A stretch of 64,000 bases of DNA from Thermaerobacter marianensis (GTDB lineage Bacteria; Bacillota; Sulfobacillia; DVGY01), in assembly GCA_020724425.1 (NCBI GenBank), contig DYGY01000008.1:4151-68150 (forward strand), written 5' to 3'. A program made the position numbers and the translations under genes. The notes under the pieces are model-generated. The model saw only the letters and a program-made list of their open reading frames with translations. It ran no database searches and had not been told where the DNA came from. Positions 49,530 to 58,909 of this stretch are shown here, one piece after another; the stretch's first letter is position 1, and the number at the start of each line of letters is the position of its first letter.

Positions 49530-49558
49530 GTATTCGACGAAACCTTATCGAATCCTGC
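49530..49558 (-). promoter_or_regulatory. Sigma-H-like promoter of the opp operon
   Basis: Minus strand GCAGGATTC-N11-GTCGAATAC matches RNAGGAWWW-N11/12-RNNGAAT. Confidence 0.55.
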
Positions 49559-49882
49559 CTATTACACTACAGAAGGAATAAAAAAGTTGTTTTTTATTTC
49601 CTTTGAGTATGAAAAGAGGATTCTTTGGATTTCGCAACGTGGAATTTGCGCAAGAAAACCTACGCAAACTACGTTTTCCTTGTAGTACATTATAATGGTA
49701 AATTCCTAATTTTTGAACCACCTATTTTATCCACTTTGCAAAAATTTTATTCAGTTATATATCTATTTAGAAGAAAAAAATTCTAAATAGGTTATATTTT
49801 CGTAAGTTTTTAGCTAGGAAGAGAACTGATAGGAGAATTGTCTTTAATGTTGAAAGTTTTAGGATGATGAGGAGGAAGACCA

Positions 49883-52828
49883 ATGTTGAGGCAATTAGTT
49901 ACCGGATCAATTAAAGATTTAGAGCAGGAGATATTTAACCTTATTATGGAGGAAAAACAAGAACCGCTTAAACCTATGGTAGTTTTGGTGGGTTCTAATA
50001 TATTAGGTATCTATCTGAGGAGAAAATTAGCTTCCTTGGGTTTTTCGCATGCGGGTGTTCGTTTTATCACTCTTTCTGAGTTAGCATATACTTTAGCTAA
50101 TTACAATCAAGCTAATTCATGGTCTACAGAAATAGGTTTTATACTCACAAGTGAATTGCTAAGTGAAAAGGACGAACAGGATTTCTTGAGCCAAAAAGCA
50201 TTGACCCCAGTACTTTATAGTTTGTTTGAGGAACTAGAGAATGGATCATTTTCGGAACTGAATCACTCTGAATCCCCTAAACTACAGCTTATTAGCCAAT
50301 ATTACAATAAATACAGGCAATATCGCAAAGAGTTTTATCACATAACTGATGCTATGAAAGCTGCGAATTTTGATATATTCCCTAGAGTTTATGGTACGAA
50401 ATATCTATATATTTATGGTTTGTCTGATCTTAATCAGGTGCAGAGGAATTTTCTAAATCAGGCCATAGAGAATCTAACTGTAGATGTTTATGTGCCCTGG
50501 GAAGATAAATTGTCATACCGGTATACTGAAGAATATGTTAGATGGCTTAATAGCTACAAGCCGATACATAAAAAGGCATTGGCTGAATCTGAATATGATA
50601 GTCTTCTTGATTTTTTGAAGGCTAATTTATGGACTGATTTAGGAATAGTGAAATCTGATTCTTCTGTTAAGATCTTTGCTGCAATCTCTTCTGATGCAGA
50701 AGGTAGAGAGATCATGAGAGAATTAATGGGTAGGGCTGAAGAAGGTACTCCTTTTTATAAAATGGCGATTCTTTCACGAGACTTAGGACAATACAGAAAT
50801 ATATTAAGGAGACATCTTGATAAGCTTGGTATTCCATACTATATGAGCAAGGCCATTAATTTAGGAGATACTCCTGTTGTCACTAGTTATCTGGCTCTTT
50901 TAAGAATCCAGGTAAATGGATGGCAAAAGGATGATGTGTTGTCTTGGTTAATTCAGTATTTTAGTTTCTTTTACAAAGATGATATAGATGAAGCTGTTTG
51001 GCGACTATTATCTAGTTATATGGTAGATAAATATTCCTTTGAGGATGGTCTTTTTCAACTAAAACAGAATGTTAGTGTTCTAGCAGAAGAGAATGGTCTT
51101 GTAGCGGAGTATTTGAGTTCAGAGCTAGATTTAATTTCAGCAGGAATATCTCTTTTACGGGAATCTCTAGGAAGATTACCAGGGAAAGCAACCTGGGTAG
51201 AGTGGGCTGATTTGTCTTTCAATCTAGTTTCTTCTATATATAAAGAAGAAACAGAAGCCAGAGAAAAACTATTGCTAGTTCTTAATAAGATTCGAGAGTC
51301 AAAAATATTGAAAGAGGTTGAATTAGAAAATTTTATCGAAATAATCGAGTTGTTTATCAGTGAGCAGTACATTGCATATGGACGATTTGGTGAAGGTGTC
51401 TTTGTAGGTAGTGTCATGGAGGCTAGGGGTTTAAGCTTCGACTATGTATTTGTACCAGGGATGCTTAGTAGTTCTTTTCCGTTAAGAGCAAGAGAAAATC
51501 CATTGCTTAACGATAGGGAAAGGCAGTTGGTCAATAATAAGGATTCTGTTTTAAGTCTTAAGGCAAATAGGTCTATGGAAGAGAGATATTTGTTTTTTCA
51601 ATTATTAGGTTCCGCAAAGCAAGGTATCATGTTAACTTATCCTCGTTTTGATATGGTTAAGGGTAGGGTGCTGACACCTTCACCGTATCTTGTCGATATA
51701 GGTAAGGTGGTATCTTATAAAGATGTACATTTGGAGAATTTGTGTAAGCTTGAAATTGTGAGCTGGCAGTCTGTAAGTCAGCCATTAGAGAATCCTTTGT
51801 TAGCATTGGATGAAACAGAGTTTAATCTTGCCATGTTGAAGGCTTTTCCTGCTTATGCTAGTCTTCTAAAGAATAGTGATCGGTTAATAGCTGATTATGA
51901 TAAGGCCTATAGGGCTATGTATGAAGGGGAATTATTAAGTCCTTTTGAAGGTATGGTGGGAGAGACTAAGCTTAGCAGTGTTTCTATTAGTGGCTTAGAG
52001 AGTTATGCAGAGTGCCCAATGGGGTATTTTTTTAGTAGGGTGCTAGATTTAAGGATAGAGGATACTGTTTTGTGGAGTGGTTTGGACGCTCTTTCTAAGG
52101 GACAGCTAGTTCATAAAATACTAGAAGATTTTTATTATAATAATGAGTTACCTCTGAAAAGAGAGAGGCTAGGAGAATATTTAGAGCAGATTGCTGAGTT
52201 AGTGGATAAAGAGTTATCTCAAGGGCCGGTGAGTCAGATTTTCTTTGCTAGTGAAAGGGAAGGGCTAATAGGTGATCTTCAGGGTTGGTTGTTAATGGCT
52301 GAAGGTCTTTATGATGAACCTTATGTACCCCATTATTTTGAGTTGCCTGTGGAGTTCTCTTATGCGGATGTGGTTTTAGGCGGAAGAGTAGATAGGTTGG
52401 ATTTGGGTTCAGATGGCAGTTTTGTACTGGTTGATTATAAGACTGGTAAGAGTTTTTCTAGTAAGGATAACAGTTTTCAGCAAGGGGAGGCCTTACAGCT
52501 ACCTATCTATCTATTGGCCATACAGAAGAAATATGGATTAGATCTGGCTAAGGGAGAGGCTCGTTATGTGGGTGTTAGCAGAGCTAGTCAGTATAAGATT
52601 GTACATTTTGAGGGTGAGGAAATACTTAAGAGACAAGAGGAACTAGAGACAATACTTAAGGGTTTGCTTTCGGGGATCAAACAGGGGGCCTTTCATTTTA
52701 ACCCGGGTCAGCATTGCCGGTATTGTGAATATCGATATATCTGTAATCAAGATAGAAAAAGACTCTTTGATAATAAGAAGAGTGATCCGAGTTTGCAATG
52801 TTTTCTAGCTGTTAAGGAGGTGGAATAA
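49883..52828 (+). CDS. addB: AddB-like subunit: inactive helicase-like region plus PD-(D/E)xK nuclease with FeS cysteines
   Basis: EARGLSFDYVF, EERYLF, ECPMGYFF, GRVDRLD, VDYKTG, CRYCEYRYIC. Confidence 0.8.
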   Translation: MLRQLVTGSIKDLEQEIFNLIMEEKQEPLKPMVVLVGSNILGIYLRRKLASLGFSHAGVRFITLSELAYTLANYNQANSWSTEIGFILTSELLSEKDEQDFLSQKALTPVLYSLFEELENGSFSELNHSESPKLQLISQYYNKYRQYRKEFYHITDAMKAANFDIFPRVYGTKYLYIYGLSDLNQVQRNFLNQAIENLTVDVYVPWEDKLSYRYTEEYVRWLNSYKPIHKKALAESEYDSLLDFLKANLWTDLGIVKSDSSVKIFAAISSDAEGREIMRELMGRAEEGTPFYKMAILSRDLGQYRNILRRHLDKLGIPYYMSKAINLGDTPVVTSYLALLRIQVNGWQKDDVLSWLIQYFSFFYKDDIDEAVWRLLSSYMVDKYSFEDGLFQLKQNVSVLAEENGLVAEYLSSELDLISAGISLLRESLGRLPGKATWVEWADLSFNLVSSIYKEETEAREKLLLVLNKIRESKILKEVELENFIEIIELFISEQYIAYGRFGEGVFVGSVMEARGLSFDYVFVPGMLSSSFPLRARENPLLNDRERQLVNNKDSVLSLKANRSMEERYLFFQLLGSAKQGIMLTYPRFDMVKGRVLTPSPYLVDIGKVVSYKDVHLENLCKLEIVSWQSVSQPLENPLLALDETEFNLAMLKAFPAYASLLKNSDRLIADYDKAYRAMYEGELLSPFEGMVGETKLSSVSISGLESYAECPMGYFFSRVLDLRIEDTVLWSGLDALSKGQLVHKILEDFYYNNELPLKRERLGEYLEQIAELVDKELSQGPVSQIFFASEREGLIGDLQGWLLMAEGLYDEPYVPHYFELPVEFSYADVVLGGRVDRLDLGSDGSFVLVDYKTGKSFSSKDNSFQQGEALQLPIYLLAIQKKYGLDLAKGEARYVGVSRASQYKIVHFEGEEILKRQEELETILKGLLSGIKQGAFHFNPGQHCRYCEYRYICNQDRKRLFDNKKSDPSLQCFLAVKEVE

Positions 52829-55800
52829 TGGGTAGGCTGGTTGATGCAGTTGAAAGGGAAAAGCTGATTAAGGATCTTGATACCTCATACTGTGTTGAGG
52901 CTAGTGCCGGAACAGGTAAAACGACTATCTTAATTGGTAGGTTAATTAGCATTATTGAGCAGGGTAGGGCCAGGCTGCCTGAAGTTGTAGCAATCACCTT
53001 TACAGAAAAAGCAGCTGGTGAGTTGGCGGATAGATTAAAGAGTGAACTAGAAAAAAGGGTAAAGAGTGAAGAAGGTATCAAACAGGAGAGGTTTCTTTTG
53101 GCTCTTGAAGATATCTCGTTAGCTCATATTCAAACGATACATTCCTTTGCTGGGTCTTTGCTGAGAAGATATCCCCTTGAGGCTGGGTTAAGACCTGATT
53201 TTGAGGTTGTTGATGAAGCTGAAAGAGAGGTTCTTTTGGAGAAGTTGTGGCAGGATTGGCTACAAAAGGAAATGCTACAGTCTGAGGATCTGATACTTGA
53301 GGCAATGAATCTGGGCCTTAGTGTGGACAAATTAAAGGAGTTGGCTTATGAGGTTATAGATAACCGGGAATATCTAGGCAATAGTTACCCTGGAGCTTTT
53401 GTAGAGTATAGGGATACTGTTGATGAGTTTCTGGAACGGTTCATTTCTGAGGTAAATAGCCTGCTTGAAGATGCTAAAAGAGATTGTGTCAACCGGGAAG
53501 ACCAAGCATATCAGCAGATTACAACTCTTCAGAGAATGGTTAAGGAGTCTTGCTATCTATCTAAAAGCATGCAAAGGAGATTTCTGTTAAAAGAGATTAA
53601 GATTTTAAAGAACAAGGGGAATAAGAAGAACTGGCAAGGTGATTCGTTGGGGGAATTTAAGCAGCGGATTGCAGACTTGAGAGAGGATTTTGACACATCT
53701 AAAGAAAAAGCACAGGGTTTGTTATTAGAGGGGCTTTTGGGGAAACTAGCTAGCTTTGCAGAATGCTATCGACAGGAGAAGAAAAGGTTAGGAGTATTGG
53801 ATTTTGATGACCTACTATTGCTTGCTAGAGACTTGCTTGTTGATAACCTTCAGGTAAGGCAGGATATTAAAGAACAGATTAGGTTTTTGTTTGTTGATGA
53901 GTTTCAAGACACTGATCCTGTTCAGGCAGAAATAGTTTTCTTGTTAGCTAATGAGGGTAATGGTAGCTGGCAAGAGGGTAGGGTGGTGCCGGGGCGTCTA
54001 TTTATCGTCGGGGATCCAAAGCAATCAATTTATCGTTTTCGTAAGGCGGATATTGAGATCTATGAAAAAGCTAAGGAGGTTCTTTTGGCTTCTAAAGGAG
54101 AGCTTATCTACTTAAGGCAAAACTTTAGGACTGTTAAGGGCATTACCACCTGGGTTAATGAGACATTTGCGCAACTGCTTAAAGATGATGAATATAATCC
54201 GGAATACAGAGGTCTATTTCCTGTACGGGATAACCTAGATGGAAAACCAGTTAAGCTTGTGTCCAATGTACCTGATGAAAAAGCTAGAGCAGATGAGATT
54301 CGTAGTGATGATGTCAAACGGGTTATCGGTACCATTAATAAGGTTGTTTTAGAGTCTTGGCAGATCTTTGATAAAGAGGCTAATGTGGTTCGTAATATTT
54401 CTTATCGCGATATGGCTATTCTTTTCCCGACTATGACTGGACTCAATCATTATGAAGATGAGTTTAGAAGAATGGGGATACCTTACCGAATTGCTGGCGG
54501 CAAATACTATTATCAAAGGGAAGAGTTGAGAGGTTTTTTGTATGTTTTGAAAGCTATTAGGAACCCTTATGATTCCCTAGCTATTGTTGGTGCTTTGAGA
54601 TCACCCTTTTTCTCTTGTTCTGATAGGGATATTTTTGAGTGGAAGTTGCAATATCCTTTGACATATAGGAAGGATATTGGTGAGGATTCGTGTATTGCTA
54701 ATGCGTTTAAAATTCTTAGAGATCTATCGCGGTTATCTAGGAGTGTTTCTGTTGTTTCTTTGTTTGAGGCTATTTTTCAAAAAACAAGAATATTAGAGAA
54801 GTATGCCATGCAAGAAGGTAAAGAACAGGCTATCTTGAACCTGAGAAAGGTTATCGATCAGGCTAATGATTTGAGTTATGATATTGATCAGTTTATCATC
54901 TGGCTTGAAAGAAGAGTGGTTCAAGAAAAGGAAGAGGGTGAGGCTCTTCTTTATGATGAAAGTATTGATGCTGTAAATTTAATGACTGTACATAAGTCTA
55001 AAGGGCTGGAATACCCTATGATTATTCTTGTTAATCTTCATGATCGTGGGTCATCTCATGGTTCTTTAGTTCTTCCTAACAAGGAGGAAAATAGGTTGGA
55101 AGCAAGACTGGGTGATGGTTTTCAGACCAGTAACTACTCAAAAATAGAACAGGAAGAGCAATATAAGTTAGAAGCTGAAAGGAAACGATTGTTTTATGTG
55201 GCAGTTACTAGGGCTAGGGACTATCTGGTTCTAATTAGTAATGAGATTGATAAACCAAAGGGGTTTGAACAGTACCTTAGTGAGACTCTGTTACAAACGA
55301 CAGAAAGTGTTAGAGAAGGGCTAAGTCTAGAGCATTCTATCAAGATGTCTGATACTGAAAAGAGGTATTTGCAGGATCAGCTACCTCTGTATTCTTGGTC
55401 TTCTAGAGAGAGTATTTTGAGTGAGTTGGTTAAAAGAGAGGAACTTTTGCCTAAGTTAAAAAGGCCAAGCAAGGAGAAGGATGATATAAAGGAATATCGA
55501 GGTGGAAGTTCTTTTGGTCTTGAGTTAGGTAGTGCCTTTCATCAGCTGATGCAGGATTATCGTTTCTGGTCAGAAATAGATAGGGAATCTTTAGAGGTTC
55601 TGGTTGATGATATTTTGGTGCGCTATAACTATTCACATGATTTTGAGAAAAAACTGATGTTTTTTGCTTATAATGTCTTAGAGTCAGGGTTGTATAAGAG
55701 AGTTCTTGCTGCTGATGCGGTATATCGAGAACTACCCTTTAGTTATTATAGGGAAGGGGAGTTGGTTGAAGGAACTGTGGATCTTGTTTTTGTTGAAAAT

Positions 55801-55983
55801 GAGGAATTAGTTATTGTGGATTATAAGACAGATTACCTTTCTAAGAATGAGGTAGGGGAACGGGTTAAGCTTTACTCTCAGCAGGGGCAACTTTATAAGG
55901 AAGCGGTAGAGAAAATTTCTGGGAAAAGGGTTAAGGAAGTTGTTTTTGAGTTTGTGGAGCTTGGTGTAAGCGGAAAATTGTAA
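52828..55983 (+). CDS. addA: AddA-like UvrD helicase with C-terminal RecB-type nuclease
   Basis: ASAGTGKT, ITFTEKAA, VDEFQDT, VGDPKQSIYRFR, TVHKSKGLE, YVAVTRARD, GTVDL...VDYKTD. Confidence 0.88.
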   Translation: MGRLVDAVEREKLIKDLDTSYCVEASAGTGKTTILIGRLISIIEQGRARLPEVVAITFTEKAAGELADRLKSELEKRVKSEEGIKQERFLLALEDISLAHIQTIHSFAGSLLRRYPLEAGLRPDFEVVDEAEREVLLEKLWQDWLQKEMLQSEDLILEAMNLGLSVDKLKELAYEVIDNREYLGNSYPGAFVEYRDTVDEFLERFISEVNSLLEDAKRDCVNREDQAYQQITTLQRMVKESCYLSKSMQRRFLLKEIKILKNKGNKKNWQGDSLGEFKQRIADLREDFDTSKEKAQGLLLEGLLGKLASFAECYRQEKKRLGVLDFDDLLLLARDLLVDNLQVRQDIKEQIRFLFVDEFQDTDPVQAEIVFLLANEGNGSWQEGRVVPGRLFIVGDPKQSIYRFRKADIEIYEKAKEVLLASKGELIYLRQNFRTVKGITTWVNETFAQLLKDDEYNPEYRGLFPVRDNLDGKPVKLVSNVPDEKARADEIRSDDVKRVIGTINKVVLESWQIFDKEANVVRNISYRDMAILFPTMTGLNHYEDEFRRMGIPYRIAGGKYYYQREELRGFLYVLKAIRNPYDSLAIVGALRSPFFSCSDRDIFEWKLQYPLTYRKDIGEDSCIANAFKILRDLSRLSRSVSVVSLFEAIFQKTRILEKYAMQEGKEQAILNLRKVIDQANDLSYDIDQFIIWLERRVVQEKEEGEALLYDESIDAVNLMTVHKSKGLEYPMIILVNLHDRGSSHGSLVLPNKEENRLEARLGDGFQTSNYSKIEQEEQYKLEAERKRLFYVAVTRARDYLVLISNEIDKPKGFEQYLSETLLQTTESVREGLSLEHSIKMSDTEKRYLQDQLPLYSWSSRESILSELVKREELLPKLKRPSKEKDDIKEYRGGSSFGLELGSAFHQLMQDYRFWSEIDRESLEVLVDDILVRYNYSHDFEKKLMFFAYNVLESGLYKRVLAADAVYRELPFSYYREGELVEGTVDLVFVENEELVIVDYKTDYLSKNEVGERVKLYSQQGQLYKEAVEKISGKRVKEVVFEFVELGVSGKL

Positions 55984-56012
55984 AGGGCCTCTCTTTGGGA
56001 GAGACCCTGAGC

Positions 56013-57329
56013 TTAGAGTCTTGCTTCTTTGAAGAAGCGGTTAGTTTCTGCCACTATGATTCCACTTAGACCTATTAGGCCTATTAGATTGGGTACTGCC
56101 ATTAGACCATTCATTACGTCTGCGAAGGCCCAGACTAGATTTAGTTCTGCTATGGCACCGAAGAACACTACTGCTACAAAGAGGTACCGGTAATAGGGGA
56201 TGGCGCTTTCACCAAGGAGGTATTCCAGGCATTTTTCGCCGTAGTATGACCAGCCAAGGATGGTTGAGTAGGCAAAGAGAATTATACCTATGGCGACTAT
56301 TAGGCCACCTATGGTGGGGATTCCTTCGTTAAAGGCGGCTGTGGTCAGGGCTGCACCTGTTTGGTTAGAAAATGTTAAGGCTCCTGATGATAATATGGCT
56401 AAAGAGGTTATTGTACAGACTATGATGGTATCAATGAATGTCTGGGTCATGCTTACCAGGGCTTGTCTACCTGGGTAATCGGTTTTTGCTGCTGCTGCGG
56501 CTATTGGGGCACTACCTAAGCCTGCTTCGTTGGAGAATACGCCTCTGGCAACTCCGTAACGTATTGCTGCTCCTACTGTACCTCCGGTGATTGCACTCCC
56601 TGTAAAAGCAAAGCGAAAGATTGAGGAGAATGCTTCAGGTATTTCATTTATATTGACCATGATGACTGCAAGGCCTCCAATGATGTAAAAGGTAGCCATG
56701 ACAGGGACAAGATAGCTTGTAACTCTACCGATACTCTTGATTCCTCCTAGAATGACAAGGGCTGTAAATATGGCTAGTGTTGCTCCTGTAATTGTTGGCG
56801 ATAGTTTGAAGGTTGTTTCTACAGCACTGGCAACGGAGTTGGCCTGGACCATGTTACCAATACCAAAGGCGGCTATGGCGCCAAAGAGGGCAAAGGCTAT
56901 ACCAAGCCATTTCCAGCCAAGGCCTTTCTCGATGTAGTACATGGGACCACCGCTCATTTCTCCCTTTTTATCTACGGTTCTATACTTTACTGCGAGGATT
57001 GCTTCTGCGTATTTGGTGGCCATACCTACTAGACCGGTAATCCACATCCAAAATACTGCCCCTGGTCCACCTAGGACGATGGCTGTAGCAACACCGGCTA
57101 TGTTTCCTGTACCTATTGTAGCTGCTAGGGCTGTTGTTAGTGCTTGGAAGTGGCTGATATCTCCTTCGGCATCTTCGTCTTTTGAGAAGATGAGTTTGTG
57201 AGCATAGATTAGTTTGGTAAATTGTAGGCCCCTGAGGCGAATTGTTAGGAATAGGCCTGTGCCAACAAGGAGAGTTAGCATTGGGGGGCCCCAGACGATA
57301 TCACTTAAAGTTGTAAAGAAGTCTTCCAT
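56013..57329 (-). CDS. Sodium:alanine/glycine symporter (AGCS/AlsT family)
   Basis: [40 protein letters not shown]. Confidence 0.95.
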   Translation of the reverse strand: MEDFFTTLSDIVWGPPMLTLLVGTGLFLTIRLRGLQFTKLIYAHKLIFSKDEDAEGDISHFQALTTALAATIGTGNIAGVATAIVLGGPGAVFWMWITGLVGMATKYAEAILAVKYRTVDKKGEMSGGPMYYIEKGLGWKWLGIAFALFGAIAAFGIGNMVQANSVASAVETTFKLSPTITGATLAIFTALVILGGIKSIGRVTSYLVPVMATFYIIGGLAVIMVNINEIPEAFSSIFRFAFTGSAITGGTVGAAIRYGVARGVFSNEAGLGSAPIAAAAAKTDYPGRQALVSMTQTFIDTIIVCTITSLAILSSGALTFSNQTGAALTTAAFNEGIPTIGGLIVAIGIILFAYSTILGWSYYGEKCLEYLLGESAIPYYRYLFVAVVFFGAIAELNLVWAFADVMNGLMAVPNLIGLIGLSGIIVAETNRFFKEARL

Positions 57330-57411
57330 TTCAATCACCATCCTTTGTAGAGATAGTCTTTCTTTTCTCTTGTTGGATTATGATATGTAAGCCTGTCACG
57401 GTTTTGACAGG

Positions 57412-58062
57412 CTATCCTCCTAGGGTTATGTCTTGGTGGTTATACCATTCTAGTGCTTCATAGAAGTGTTCTTGCTTGAATTCTGGCCAGAGGTCATCAA
57501 TTACATAGAAGTCGGAATAGATGGATTGAACGGGGAGAAAGCCACTGAGTCGGCGACGGCCTCCCCAACGGATGATTAAATCCACTCTGGATATATCCCA
57601 GGAATTTAGTCCGTTTATCAGGCTGTTCTTGCTATTTATTTTCTCCATGTTTTCTAGAAGGTTTGCTAGATCCCAATACCAGCCATAGTTTACCAGGAAG
57701 TTAACTCTGATTGTAGCATCACCAAAGTTCTGACGAGTTGTGTAGGGAAGGAGATCTTTAGGGAATATTGGGCTTTGATGGTTACCTACCACTAAAAGAG
57801 AGGCTCCTTCGTTAGCTAGCATTTCTACTGCTTTGACACAGGCATCTATAAAGGCTTGTACCTGGTTACCGGGTCTCTTGGTGTTGTCTGTAGTGAAGCC
57901 GTAGTATGTCATCTCCTTTATGCCTGTTTTTTTAGCAAGTCTTAGGAGTTCTAGACCAGGATCAAGTCCTTTGCTGTAGCCTGATTCTTTAGATAGACCC
58001 TGATTTACTGCCCAGCGCCTGTTGCCATCGGGAATTATGCCTATATGATCGGGAATGCGCAT
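57412..58062 (-). CDS. Undecaprenyl-diphosphate synthase family (cis-prenyltransferase), short paralog type
   Basis: HIGIIPDGNRRWA, FTTDNTKRP, NYG, DLIIRWGGRRRLSGFLP. Confidence 0.88.
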   Translation of the reverse strand: MRIPDHIGIIPDGNRRWAVNQGLSKESGYSKGLDPGLELLRLAKKTGIKEMTYYGFTTDNTKRPGNQVQAFIDACVKAVEMLANEGASLLVVGNHQSPIFPKDLLPYTTRQNFGDATIRVNFLVNYGWYWDLANLLENMEKINSKNSLINGLNSWDISRVDLIIRWGGRRRLSGFLPVQSIYSDFYVIDDLWPEFKQEHFYEALEWYNHQDITLGG

Positions 58063-58271
58063 TGTTTGCACCTCCAAAAACTAGATATCATTTGCAAAGA
58101 TACCCAGTTGTGTGGTGGTTTATTCGTCGGGTAAGAGTTGACTGCCGATTAGCTGATGGCTCCTGTGGTTCCTTCAAAAAGAATGTCTGCTATTATAAGC
58201 AGTCTCAAAGCCTGCCACAGATGCGTACAAACCTCGTGTTGCTTAAGTAAAATACGGACTCTTTTACAAGA

Positions 58272-58421
58272 AAGTGAGATTAGAAGGGTGACATACTCCC
58301 ACCACCTACGCTAATGCTTAGAGGGGGGGGCTTCTTGGGACGTACCAACTAACGTTGATATAATTACCAAGTTAACCCCGTTTGCCCAACGGTTTTCTAG
58401 TCATATATGCTCTTTATGACT
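58272..58421 (-). ncRNA. Putative TnpB-type omega-RNA (reRNA) scaffold plus about 16-nt flank-derived guide
   Basis: AACCGTTGGGCAAACGGGGTTAACTTGGTAA...CCAAGAAGCCCC...GTATGTCAC resembles Firmicute IS605 tnpB 3'/right-end RNA; guide would be CCTTCTAATCTCACTT; boundaries approximate. Confidence 0.6.
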
Positions 58422-58516
58422 GATTATATATAGCATAACATATGTTCGGGTGTTTTCAACGAGGCAACAATTCATCCCCCACCTAAAGAGGATGGGGGAC
58501 TTCTTGTCGCATTAGG
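58288..58516 (-). mobile_element. Non-autonomous IS200/IS605-family miniature element (left end, promoter, omega-RNA/right end; no tnpA or tnpB)
   Basis: Minus strand: TTTAA target then left end with AAGT guide and hairpin TCCCCCA/TGGGGGA; right end with GAAG guide, C-rich/G-rich subterminal hairpin and terminal TCAC. Confidence 0.8.
58432..58459 (-). promoter_or_regulatory. Sigma-A-like promoter with LexA (Cheo) box-like site inside the element
   Basis: TTGAAA-N16-TATGCT; CGAACATATGTTAT overlaps the spacer and -10. Confidence 0.5.
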
Positions 58517-58909
58517 TTAAAACAGATAAACGAGGGCTACCCGGGGGCTATTTTCACAGCCGGTTCGCCTTTTTTAAGATTCATTGCAGTACAAACTAGC
58601 AACATCTGTATCATTACCTTCTTAAGACCTCTTAAAGTAGTCCACCGCGAATTATGTTATCTGTGTTCAAGTCAGGCTATCTATGCTTAACATGACAGAG
58701 AGTTTGTAGTCCTTAGATCTTTTCGTATGAAAGAATGAAGAGGCTTTAGCATATACCGGCTACTTGGTGAAGAGCTAATGAGTTGATACATTGATTGTTG
58801 GGGCTCTATGAAGAGTTCTTTTTCGTTGTATTAGGGAAGATAATAGATTATAATACTTGGCCAAAGGGCGAGGGGCGAGGTAAGAATACTCTTCTAGGAG
58901 GAAAGATTA

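Noticed and set aside
58096-58125. Forespore sigma-F/G-like promoter (GAATAA-N15-GGTATCTTT) upstream of the UppS-like gene
   Set aside because: Plausible, but the -10 match is partial; too weak to list as a feature
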